DNA of 64,000 nt from an uncultured Bacilli bacterium (GTDB lineage Bacteria; Bacillota_I; Bacilli_A; RFN20; CAG-826): assembly GCA_934168325.1 (NCBI GenBank), contig CAKPNG010000002.1, forward strand, positions 11-64,010, read 5' to 3'. Below the pieces are notes generated by a model, which searched no databases, was not told where the DNA came from, and saw only the letters and a program-made list of their open reading frames with translations. Positions 1 through 8,900 of this stretch are shown piece by piece. The position numbers were made by a program, and so were the translations under genes. The number at the start of each line of letters is the position of its first letter. Positions within the stretch are counted from its first letter, which is position 1.

Positions 1-77
1 GAAAAAGTATTTGATAAAATACAATAAAATACAACTTTTTCAATTACAAACTGTCAAACTCAGGATTTTAGTCTAAA

Positions 78-752
78 TTAGAGCCAATTTAAAGTAGTAA
101 ATAAAAATTGTTTTAATGTATCAACTACTGCTTCATTTAATAATTGATAAGATTTCTTTTTATTTGGTTCAACATCATCTTTATGATTATGTTGTTTCTT
201 TTTATATATTTTACGAAGACAATCCCACATTTCAGGGCCTTCAATTAAATTTAATCTTTCACGATAATTTTTCATATCTTTTCGTATAGCCCATTCATAA
301 TCTTCATTATTCGCGTTATTAGTGTTTTTTTTATTATAAAGAATATAAAAATTGTCATCATCATCATAAGTTGTGATAATGATATCAAATCCATATCCTT
401 TATTATTGTTTTTTGTAGTCAATGCTTGCGTACTATCTTCACAAAAACTAAATCCTTTTGGTTTGAATTTATCAAATGCGTTTCTAAATATATCTTTAAT
501 TTTTTTACAATCTTTATTCCAATTATAATTACTAGGTATCGATTGCATTACAATTTGAAAATCTAAATCAAAATAATCTTCATTACATTTTCTAATAACC
601 ATGTTTCTACTTCCGGTACCTATAGTAGAATATGAGAATGTAATTTTATAATTCTTTTTTATATATTTTTGAACACTGCCGATCCAATTATTAAATGTTT
701 CTCTGGGACCAATTAATTCCTTTTTATTTACGTAATCACACACAAATATCAA
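78..752 (-). CDS. Minimal nucleotidyltransferase-fold (Pol-beta/MNT-like) protein, downstream partner of the Abi2/HEPN gene
   Basis: 224-aa ORF. It carries the hG[GS]-x13-DxD pattern IGTGSRNMVIRKCNEDYFDLDF (G45-S48, D62, D64; nt 561-620) and a third acidic strand GFDIIIT (D123). Its ATG overlaps the stop of the upstream ORF by 4 nt (749-752). Confidence 0.55.
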   Translation of the reverse strand: MIFVCDYVNKKELIGPRETFNNWIGSVQKYIKKNYKITFSYSTIGTGSRNMVIRKCNEDYFDLDFQIVMQSIPSNYNWNKDCKKIKDIFRNAFDKFKPKGFSFCEDSTQALTTKNNNKGYGFDIIITTYDDDDNFYILYNKKNTNNANNEDYEWAIRKDMKNYRERLNLIEGPEMWDCLRKIYKKKQHNHKDDVEPNKKKSYQLLNEAVVDTLKQFLFTTLNWL

Positions 753-1441
753 TCCTCCTTATATAATAAGAACTTATAATAAGTACTAGCTATATTATCT
801 TTCGTCTTTTTGTTTAGCACTTTAAGATTATTTAGACATCTATCTTTATAATCAGTTGGTAGCATATCAACTAATGCATCTATTCCTTTTAATGTTTCTT
901 CCACTGTTGATTCAAAATTAAAATCAAATAATAGTGGCGAATGATGCATAACTCTATTTCTTAAAGTTACGATTGTGTCTAACTTATCGGTATCATAATT
1001 ATGAGAAACATATTCTTTAACAAATGACACCAAATCACCAAAATTTAAAGCAAACATCTTGTAAAAATTAGTTATTTCATCAACAGGATTATTCTTTATT
1101 ACACATTTAGGTAATCCCTTAAAATAATGGTATTCAGTTTTCTTTAATTCAACATCTGGATCAAAATCAAATCTTAATAAAATATCATTTCTAATATATT
1201 CTTCTAACGTTCCTAAATATTTGAATAATACATCTTTTATTGCTTTATCAAGGATAATAAATGAATTGACATCGCTAAACTTAACATTAGAATCAACCTC
1301 ATTCAAAGTTTCAAAAATAATTCTATATTGTTGAACACCTCGAATTTTAGAATACTTTTCAAATGTTCGTTTATTATCATTATTAAGTTTTTCAATAAAC
1401 TCCTTAAATTCCATATTTTCCTCCAATGTATCAAGTTGCAC
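749..1441 (-). CDS. Abi_2 (AbiD/AbiF-like) HEPN-domain abortive-infection protein
   Basis: 230-aa ORF. TLRNRVMHHSPLL contains the HEPN Rx4H motif (R161, H166; nt 944-961) in the position typical of Abi_2 proteins (LRNxxAH). It is translationally coupled to the NTase ORF. Confidence 0.6.
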   Translation of the reverse strand: MQLDTLEENMEFKEFIEKLNNDNKRTFEKYSKIRGVQQYRIIFETLNEVDSNVKFSDVNSFIILDKAIKDVLFKYLGTLEEYIRNDILLRFDFDPDVELKKTEYHYFKGLPKCVIKNNPVDEITNFYKMFALNFGDLVSFVKEYVSHNYDTDKLDTIVTLRNRVMHHSPLLFDFNFESTVEETLKGIDALVDMLPTDYKDRCLNNLKVLNKKTKDNIASTYYKFLLYKED

Positions 1442-1531
1442 TCAAATGACAACTTTTAGAAAGTTTCCGTAAGCTATTGAATTATTCATCCATTTTAAGG
1501 CAACAATAACTTCAGTTATTAACACTTCTTA

Positions 1532-2512
1532 TTACGACTGTATGTTCTTAGATGCGGGTAATAAAATAAATGGTTTCATTTTTAAAAGCTTAACTAATTC
1601 ATTTAACCAAATATTAATTTTATCTCTATTATCTTTCTTAGAAATCATTTTTAAAAAGGTATTATATTTATTTTTTAGCGTTGGTCCATCCATTTCTGAA
1701 ATTGCAGTTTTAATTATATCAAACGAACAAAAAGAATTATTATCATTAAGCTCATATATAGTTTTTGTCTCAAAATCATTAATCTTAATATCTTTTCTAG
1801 AACAACGAAGTCTTATTTCAGATGATAATAATACCAAAGGCAATTCATTATTATTTATTGGTGTTACCTCTTTTACCAATTCATCATTAACACAAATTTC
1901 TTCTTTTATTAAATTTGAACCAGTTTCTATATCTTTTATTCCAAGATTTTCGCATGATGAATCACTTGAATATGTCGAAATAAATTTAATATTATTCATA
2001 GACATATAATAAACAATACCAAATACCTCAGATAATAATGATTCTGGAATATTATTAATTGTAACCTTACGATTCCATAATTTTAATTGTTCAAAAGAAT
2101 ATAAAGCCCAATAATTATATAAATTAATTGCAAAATATAATTTATAGCCATTTTTATTAGCCCAATCAACTCTACTTTCAAAATTCCCGTTTGATATGCA
2201 ATATTCTTCTTTAGTTGTTGACTTAATCTCAACCATTATTTTTTCATCATTTTTTAATATAATGATTGCATCACATGACTTTTCTCCAACATTCGAAGTA
2301 AATTCCTCATCTATTGGAATAATTTCTTTGCATGCATTACATATATATAAATTACCGATAAATTCATATTCACGCTCAAGGCCTTTTATTCTTTCCTCAA
2401 AATTATTAGAATCAACACCTAATCCAGTTAAAATGTTATTAAATTGTTCCGATGTTATTTCTTCTTTAAGTGCTTTCAAGGTTTTAATTAATTCTATGCT
2501 TGGTTCATTCAT
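1532..2512 (-). CDS. Uncharacterised protein with a PD-(D/E)xK nuclease-like motif
   Basis: 326-aa ORF. SD AGGAG lies 9 nt upstream of the ATG. CDAIIILKNDEKIMVEIKST gives D81-x13-E95-x-K97, preceded by acidic residues (EREYE). Confidence 0.4.
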   Translation of the reverse strand: MNEPSIELIKTLKALKEEITSEQFNNILTGLGVDSNNFEERIKGLEREYEFIGNLYICNACKEIIPIDEEFTSNVGEKSCDAIIILKNDEKIMVEIKSTTKEEYCISNGNFESRVDWANKNGYKLYFAINLYNYWALYSFEQLKLWNRKVTINNIPESLLSEVFGIVYYMSMNNIKFISTYSSDSSCENLGIKDIETGSNLIKEEICVNDELVKEVTPINNNELPLVLLSSEIRLRCSRKDIKINDFETKTIYELNDNNSFCSFDIIKTAISEMDGPTLKNKYNTFLKMISKKDNRDKINIWLNELVKLLKMKPFILLPASKNIQS

Positions 2513-2538
2513 TATGCCACACTCCTACTTTTTATTTT

Positions 2539-3061
2539 TTATTTAAGATTTAATGTAATTGTAACAGCATCTTCTTCGCCTAATAACTCAACTAATTCAG
2601 TTTTAGTTAAATTAATATGACCTAATTTAGTATAAGACCATGTATTAGATCCATAAAAATACTATTTGGTTAGATTGATATAGACATATATCTCCAGCAT
2701 TAGTTGTAATACTACTATCATTGGATTTAATAGTGCTCCCTAATGAACCAAACTGTTCAAATCCACCATATTGATGGAGTTCTATTGTTAATCCATCTTT
2801 AGCAAGTTTCTTTAATTCTTTAACTGAATCATTATCCATCCAATAAACATCAACATCGCTACTATCTAGGGTTAAAACCAATGTTTTAGATAAATATGAT
2901 TCATCTTCTTTAGGTTCATCACTAGGTGATGTATTATCAGAAAGAATTATTGTTGGTGAGATATCATTGGTTGGTGGTGTTGAAGAATTATCATTTTTGC
3001 CACAAGCTGACAACGAGAAGACTAATATTAAAGTTACTAGTAATGTTATTAGTTTTTTCAT
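2539..3061 (-). pseudogene. Cyclophilin-like-domain lipoprotein, frameshifted in a T5 run near the 3' end
   Basis: It has its own SD (AGGTGA 5 nt before the ATG at 3061) and a lipobox signal MKKLITLLVTLILVFSLSAC. The ORF stops at 2645 after ...YQSNQIVFLWI. The +1 frame continues as FYGSNTWSYTKLGHINLTKTELVELLGEEDAVTITLNLK* down to 2539, which restores the conserved C-terminus of this domain family. Confidence 0.6.
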
Positions 3062-3976
3062 ATATTCACCTAATGAGACTTTTTTAAATCCTTTTTTAGT
3101 ATCCGCATCAAAACCTATCTTCCAAAAATCCATATCAAGCATTTTCATTTGAGGATAAGGCAATCCTTCAACACACATTTTAACTCTTGTCTCCTCTAAT
3201 TTACTATAATTAGATTCATAAAAATCAACTAACGCTAATATTGATTTAGTATTAAATCTTTTTATGCCTATATTTTCTCCCGATAATCCATCTTTGAAAT
3301 ATCTATCATATGCTGGGCAGCATCCTAGAACACCCATTAATGCCTTTGTTACTAGTGCTTCAGAAACATCCTGTAATATTTCTTCTTCCTTTACTTCTTT
3401 TCTAATCTTGTCATAATAATTAGCGATAAAATCAACTAGTTCGAATAAAAGATTCATAGTATCTTTATTCTTATATTGAAAACATTCAATTCCAAATAAA
3501 ATGTCATATTTGTGATTTAGAACTTCTTTTATGATAGGAATACGAATTCTATAATCCTTCTGCAATAAAAATGATGATCGTCTATACATTCCCCAACTTG
3601 CTAAATAGAAAGATAAATGTAAACTTAAATAATTATAGTCTGGATTATCATTTTTTCTTGCATCATGAAACACTTTATAATTATGCTCCCAAGAGCGAAA
3701 CCTTTCGTATTCATAAACTCTTAATTCATTATAAAAATCAGTTGATGCTGTTATTATTTTTTCTATAGTCTCAGGATTGTAAGTTTTTCTATTTAAAGCA
3801 TCATTATCTATGTTTAATGAAGCCTCTTTACCGTTTAAAATTGAATTTATTTTTCGTTCTAAATCATTGGTGATTCTATTTTTGAACATATTATCAGTCC
3901 AACCATAATCTCGAAGAAATCTTCTACAAATTTCTTTTCTATTATCAATAGGAAGTCCATCAATTCTTGCAATCAT
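3062..3976 (-). CDS. Uncharacterised protein (about 305 aa) whose frame runs without a stop into the lipoprotein gene
   Basis: This is the N-terminal part of the 443-aa ORF 2645..3976. It contains the motif LSFYLASWGMYRRSSFLLQKDY. I recognise no family and there is no stop before the lipoprotein ATG at 3061. Confidence 0.4.
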
Positions 3977-4041
3977 AGGCCCGCCTGTGTATGGATTTCT
4001 AGAAATATAGATTCAATTTCATCAACTATAAACTTATTCAT
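3974..4041 (-). CDS. 22-aa mini-ORF (MNKFIVDEIESIFLEIHTQAGL) whose stop overlaps the ATG of the next gene
   Basis: A strong SD (GGAGG, 4048-4052) lies 6 nt before the ATG at 4041. Its TGA overlaps the ATG at 3976 (ATGA). The downstream gene has no clear SD of its own. Confidence 0.25.
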
Positions 4042-4050
4042 AGAAACCTC

Positions 4051-5196
4051 CTATTCTTCAAGCAATTTTATAAATAAAGTAAATCTAGCTTCGATAAAAA
4101 GTGGATTAGTCTTCTTAAACATCATATGAGACACATTATCAGTTACAGTCATTAAATCTGCAAAAGTTTTTAATGTTTTAAAAGCTTCGCTGTTTTTATC
4201 TAATCCTGTAATAAAGGCAAATATAGCCATTTCGTCATTGTGACTCAAAAAATTATATAATCTTGCAACAAAGCCACAAATAACATCACAAATTTGTATC
4301 TCTCTACTAGTTTTTGAATCCAAGAAATGAACATCTAATTTATTTTCATAATCATCATCAAATTCACCCAATTGTTTAGTAATTGAAGCTTCATTATCAA
4401 AATATTTTTTGTCTTTAATTTCAATCATTCTTGAAAGATAATTAGAAAACACATCACTTGATATAACATATGGTTCATTATCTTCTAAAAAAATCAAATT
4501 TGATTTATCTCTTTTGGCTTTAATAATTTGTCTTAATAATTCTTTTGTAAAATTCTCAATATCATCTGGATCATACTTTTCATAATTATAAGCATATAAA
4601 TCTAATACATCTCTAATAAAATTATTTGCTTTATTCTTAGGGACATTTGGAAATTCATATTTTACTAATAACGCATGTAATTCATCATAATCTTGATATA
4701 AAACTTCCGTCATATAACTTTGAAGTTGTTTATAATACATAAGTGCAGCAAATTGATTTGCATCATTTTCTTCTATTAGAGAATCTAGAATATCAGTTAA
4801 CGCAAAGTGCATATAATGTAAAACATCAAAATGAATTAAAATATTGTTATTAAGAAGATATTCAAAAAACTTTCTCAATCTTGATTGATTAATTGCCTCT
4901 AAGAAATTATTATGCTTAAAAGCAAAGAAATTAAACTTAGCATCAATTGGGGTTTGTCTTGCTCCAACATATTTTAATAAATCATTAAAATCTAGTGTAT
5001 TTTTTATTGCAATCCCACCAAGAACAAAATATAAGTTTTCTAAGTCTGCATTATTGTCTTTATCATAGCCTATAATCCCTTTTTTTATATTATTGCTCTC
5101 ATCAAAATAAAAAATGTGGTTTATATGTAATGATGGAATATTCAGCTTTTCAATATTTTCTTTATATGAATTTATGAAATCATCTAATTTAGTCAT
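4051..5196 (-). CDS. DUF3800-like protein
   Basis: N-terminal HIFYFDESNN and C-terminal REIQICDVICGFV resemble the two conserved DUF3800 boxes (DESG ... QxaD). The start is taken at MTKLDDF (5196), which overlaps the upstream stop by 8 nt. Confidence 0.5.
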   Translation of the reverse strand: MTKLDDFINSYKENIEKLNIPSLHINHIFYFDESNNIKKGIIGYDKDNNADLENLYFVLGGIAIKNTLDFNDLLKYVGARQTPIDAKFNFFAFKHNNFLEAINQSRLRKFFEYLLNNNILIHFDVLHYMHFALTDILDSLIEENDANQFAALMYYKQLQSYMTEVLYQDYDELHALLVKYEFPNVPKNKANNFIRDVLDLYAYNYEKYDPDDIENFTKELLRQIIKAKRDKSNLIFLEDNEPYVISSDVFSNYLSRMIEIKDKKYFDNEASITKQLGEFDDDYENKLDVHFLDSKTSREIQICDVICGFVARLYNFLSHNDEMAIFAFITGLDKNSEAFKTLKTFADLMTVTDNVSHMMFKKTNPLFIEARFTLFIKLLEE

Positions 5197-6148
5197 TGAA
5201 AGAATCACCTCTTTCTTTAAGGCTAAACTCTTTATCACTTTCAGTAAGTTTAATAATTTCTATATTTTTTTCATTAGCTATTCTAAACAGCTCTTCGTAT
5301 TCATTAGATTTTGTATCAGCCTTACATCCTACATAAATCTTTATAATTTTAGTAGGCATTGTATATAGACTCAATTCTTCTAATTTAGAAACTCTATCAC
5401 TACTTGGGGATAAGATACATCTAACCACTACTTCATATTGCCAATCTAATGACTTAACAATAAATGGTTTAGATATACATCTTATTAGTCCTTTATCATT
5501 AACATCAGCTTCTTCGTTTGATAGCATATATCCAAGCACTCTTCTTGTAGTATCTTCTAAATCGAATTTGCATCTTTTCTTAGAATACTTAACATCAAGA
5601 AAATCCTTATCAGGTCTATCAAATTCAATACATATGCCTTTATGTTTGTCTCCATAATGTGACCACATTAGAATAGAATCAAATCGTTTACTAAAGCATG
5701 AAATTAAAGCGTTATTTCGCACTTCTTTTACTTTTTGAATAATTTCACTAGTAAATTTCTCTTTCAATTCATCAAAAGAATTTTCACCATTTTTAGCAGC
5801 ATATCTAACTATCCATCTAGTTAATGTTTGAGCGCCAGGAATAGAGTCATAATACTTATTCTTTTTTGATAATTTCAAATTAAGATTAATACCGAATCTA
5901 TCCCACTTCATAATAAGCTTTGTTAAAAAGCTAACTTTAATATTCTTATTATTTAACAACTTCAAAAATTCTTGAATTAAATAGTACTCAACTATTATAG
6001 AAATTGATTTTTCAATATCGGTATCATCAAAATCTATAACACTATCAAAAGGATCATTATAGTTTTGTGGGCTATTAAGTGCAACAGCATTACTTTCTAA
6101 TATCTTAATTGCACTTTTTAATGATGTATACTTGTATATTTTTTCCAC
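5189..6148 (-). CDS. DUF2971-like protein
   Basis: KIYKYTSLKSAIKILESNAVALNSPQNYNDPFDS and ISCFSKRFDSILMWSHYGDKHKGICIEF match the characteristic DUF2971 boxes. It has a GTG start with SD AAAGGAG. Confidence 0.6.
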   Translation of the reverse strand: MEKIYKYTSLKSAIKILESNAVALNSPQNYNDPFDSVIDFDDTDIEKSISIIVEYYLIQEFLKLLNNKNIKVSFLTKLIMKWDRFGINLNLKLSKKNKYYDSIPGAQTLTRWIVRYAAKNGENSFDELKEKFTSEIIQKVKEVRNNALISCFSKRFDSILMWSHYGDKHKGICIEFDRPDKDFLDVKYSKKRCKFDLEDTTRRVLGYMLSNEEADVNDKGLIRCISKPFIVKSLDWQYEVVVRCILSPSSDRVSKLEELSLYTMPTKIIKIYVGCKADTKSNEYEELFRIANEKNIEIIKLTESDKEFSLKERGDSFND

Positions 6149-6287
6149 ACTAAATGACTCCTTTCTTTTGTTTTGGAATTATTTTAATCATTTCTCTATA
6201 AAATTAACAAAAAAAGAAATAAAAACTTTTCACATATTGTATCACAATTCCATTATAACTTCCTCTATTTAGAAGAAAAAACTTACT

Positions 6288-6307
6288 ATAATTGTTATTA
6301 TGAGAAG
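6288..6307 (+). repeat. 20-nt inverted repeat IR-A (ATAATTGTTATTATGAGAAG), 5' boundary of TRD1
   Basis: Exact reverse complement of 10739-10758. Both copies are in the same codon phase (N-C-Y-Y-E-K). Confidence 0.85.
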
Positions 6308-6763
6308 GTTGGCCAGATCATCAAAATAATAGATAATAAAAAGATGCCTATATCTCATAATATTAAAAACAGATCATTTCAAAAATTATCATTTCTATCA
6401 ACATCATCTATGGGACAAACAATATTGTCATCAGATTTAGATATTGAAGGAATCCCCGTTTATAGCGCTACTATGGATGATTCTCCGTTTGGTTACATAA
6501 AAGAAACAAAAAATAAAATGTATCTTACTAAAGGAGATATAGTAATTCCTGCTAGAGGTAATTCGATAGGATATGTAACTTATATTAATGATAGTTTGGC
6601 AACATGTACTCAGACTACAATTGCATTGTATCCAATTACTAAAGTTATTAGTAAATTTGTATACTATTATTTTAAAGCATATAAAGACTACTTGTTTGAA
6701 TATATTGGTGGAGCAATTCCACAAATTACATTAAAAATGATAAATGAAATTATAGTTCCGCTC

Positions 6764-7078
6764 CCACCTCTTCAAGAACAAGAACGAATAGTTAATAAAA
6801 TTGATAAATTATTTGAATTAGTCGATAAAATAGAAAAGGATCAGCAAGAACTTGAAGAACTAAAGAAACAAGCTAAGGATAAGGTCTTAGAGCTTGCTGT
6901 TACTGGTAAACTAGTTAAACAAGACCCTAACGATGAACCTGCTTCAGTCCTTCTAGAACGTATTAAAGCTGAGAAAGAAAAGCTTATTAAAGAAGGAAAA
7001 ATCAAGATAGAAAAGGCTGATTTAGAACCAATTTCTGATGATGATAAAAATTATTATGAGAATATACCATCTAATTGG
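6764..7078 (+). repeat. 315-bp perfect inverted repeat IR-B (hsdS central conserved region)
   Basis: I compared it segment by segment with the reverse complement of 9971-10285 and found them identical. It encodes PPLQEQERIVNKIDKL...DDDKNYYENIPSNW. Confidence 0.9.
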
Positions 7079-7556
7079 ATAGTTACTAGTCTAAATAGCA
7101 TATGTACAAAAATTGTTGATGGAAACCACAATCCACCAAAAGGATGTCAGCAAAAAACAGATTATTATATGTTGTCATCACAAAATATAGTAGACGGAAA
7201 TATTATTGAATTAAGTAAAGTTAGATTTTTAACCAAAGATCAATTCCTTGAAGAAAATAAAAGGACGAAGTTATCCATTAACGATATTTTATTTACAAGT
7301 GTTGGTTCAATAGGGCGCTCTTGCGTTTTTAACCATAATTATAATATATGTTTTCAAAGAAGCGTTTCTGTTATAACAACTTTAATTAATCCTTATTATG
7401 TAAAATTATTCTTCGATGCCCCAATGCAACAAGTATGGTTTACCAAAAAAGCATCTGGGACAGCTCAAAAGGGTTTTTATTTAAATCAATTAAGTAATCT
7501 ACTTATAGCTGTTCCACCAATATATGAACAATCCAAAATCGTAAAAAAATATAATA

Positions 7557-8052
7557 TTATAGCAAAGAATTTAACAACTTAAATTTGCGACAAATCCTTT
7601 CCTGTTCATCTAAATTTGGAATTGCGACAACTTCATTTAATAAGTCGTTTCTTTCTATTCCAGGTATCATGCTTTTAGCTTTTATTTGCAATTTATATAC
7701 CGTATTTAAAATTAACAAAACATTAAATTGAGTATTAATATAAGATGTAATTCCCATAATTTGTCTAGCAATATGTAAATCACCAATAGTATTTATTGCA
7801 ATTTTGCCGATGGTTCCTTTGCATGTAATTAATATATCATCAATATGAGAATTACAATACTTTATTTTTGTATATCTATTTACGATTAAATTATTGCTAG
7901 TAAAATTACTTGCTCCTGTCATATATGGAATGTCATCATCGCATCGAATACTATGATATTCGTTTGGAGTCAAATCATATCCTGATGTTAATCTTATTAC
8001 ATTTGATAATCTACAAACGCACCACGAACTATTAATGTTCTTATAATAATTT
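7557..8052 (-). other. Silent hsdS TRD2 half-cassette (no start codon or promoter)
   Basis: The frame is open from about 8095. It begins ...RNYYKNINSSW, which mimics the end of the central repeat (KNYYENIPSNW), and ends with an hsdS C-terminal helix (IPNLDEQERICRKFKLLNSLL). A 10-nt match AAATTATTAT lies at 8043-8052. Confidence 0.7.
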
Positions 8053-8096
8053 CTATAAGTAAATAATAGGCTCCATAATCGGAACCTATTTTCTTT

Positions 8097-8900
8097 TTAC
8101 CATGTGACGATTTTATCTACTATAGCTTGTTGTTCGCTTGCTGTTTTTCTTAAATATATTCTAGTTGTTTCAATAGATTCATGTCCCATTAAATCAGCCA
8201 GAAGAGCTATGTCATTATATTTTTCTAAGAAGTTTTTGGCAAAGCGATGTCTAAATGAATGAGGATAAACAACTTTAGGATCAATTCCATATTTCACTGC
8301 ATAATTTTTAAGTTGTTGTGATATTCCTCTTGTGGTGATTCTATCTCCAAATCGATTAAGAAAAATATATCCACTTTCTATATGAACTGTTTCATTTAGC
8401 CAAGTTGTGGTTTCTTTTCTTAAAGCTATTGGAATATAGATTCTTCTAATCTTTCCTCCTTTAGTATATAAATCTATAAAACCAAGATTTACATGTTCAA
8501 CTTTAATTTTAATAAGCTCACTAACTCTTGCTCCAGTAGCACATAAAAATCTTACAATAAAGTACCATTCTTTATTGTTTTCTTGTTTTAATTTCTTTTT
8601 GAAAAAAACGTAATCAGCATCACTAATTACGTTCTCAAGGAATGTTCTTTGTTGAACCTTAACTGATTTTATTCGCAGGTTCGGTTTCTTGATAAATTCC
8701 AAATATTTATTTATAGCCTGTAATTTTAAATTTACAGTTTTAGCTTTGAAATTCTCAATTAAGTATGCCTTCCATGCTAATAGATTCTTTTTTGTAAAAT
8801 CGTCATAGTTACTAATGTATCCTTTTACAGCAGTGATATAAGCAGATACGGTGTTTGGTGCCAAATTATTTGACACTAAAAATTTTTTAAATGCATCCAT
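8097..8900 (-). CDS. Tyrosine site-specific recombinase (XerC/D-like), candidate shufflon invertase
   Basis: ATGARVSELIKIK (Arg box), HSFRHRFA (HxxR) and LMGHESIETTRIYL (His/Tyr) are present. The start is taken at MDAFKK (8900), preceded by AAGGAGG. The 8945 start looks like an ORF-caller extension. Confidence 0.85.
   Translation of the reverse strand: MDAFKKFLVSNNLAPNTVSAYITAVKGYISNYDDFTKKNLLAWKAYLIENFKAKTVNLKLQAINKYLEFIKKPNLRIKSVKVQQRTFLENVISDADYVFFKKKLKQENNKEWYFIVRFLCATGARVSELIKIKVEHVNLGFIDLYTKGGKIRRIYIPIALRKETTTWLNETVHIESGYIFLNRFGDRITTRGISQQLKNYAVKYGIDPKVVYPHSFRHRFAKNFLEKYNDIALLADLMGHESIETTRIYLRKTASEQQAIVDKIVTW

Larger units (their letters stand above)
6288..7582 (+). other. hsdS: Silent, promoterless hsdS copy (TRD1' - central conserved region - TRD2') of the shufflon
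   Basis: ORF 6344..7582 has two hsdS target-recognition domains. Its frame is open upstream to a 20-nt repeat (6288-6307) shared with the expressed hsdS. It lacks the N-terminal conserved helix and is not linked to hsdM. Confidence 0.8.

Noticed and set aside
1542-2546. Plus-strand ORFs 1542..2009 and 2196..2546
   Set aside because: They lie entirely antisense to the 326-aa minus-strand gene. They have a low-complexity hydrophobic composition typical of shadow frames in AT-rich DNA, and they have no SD.
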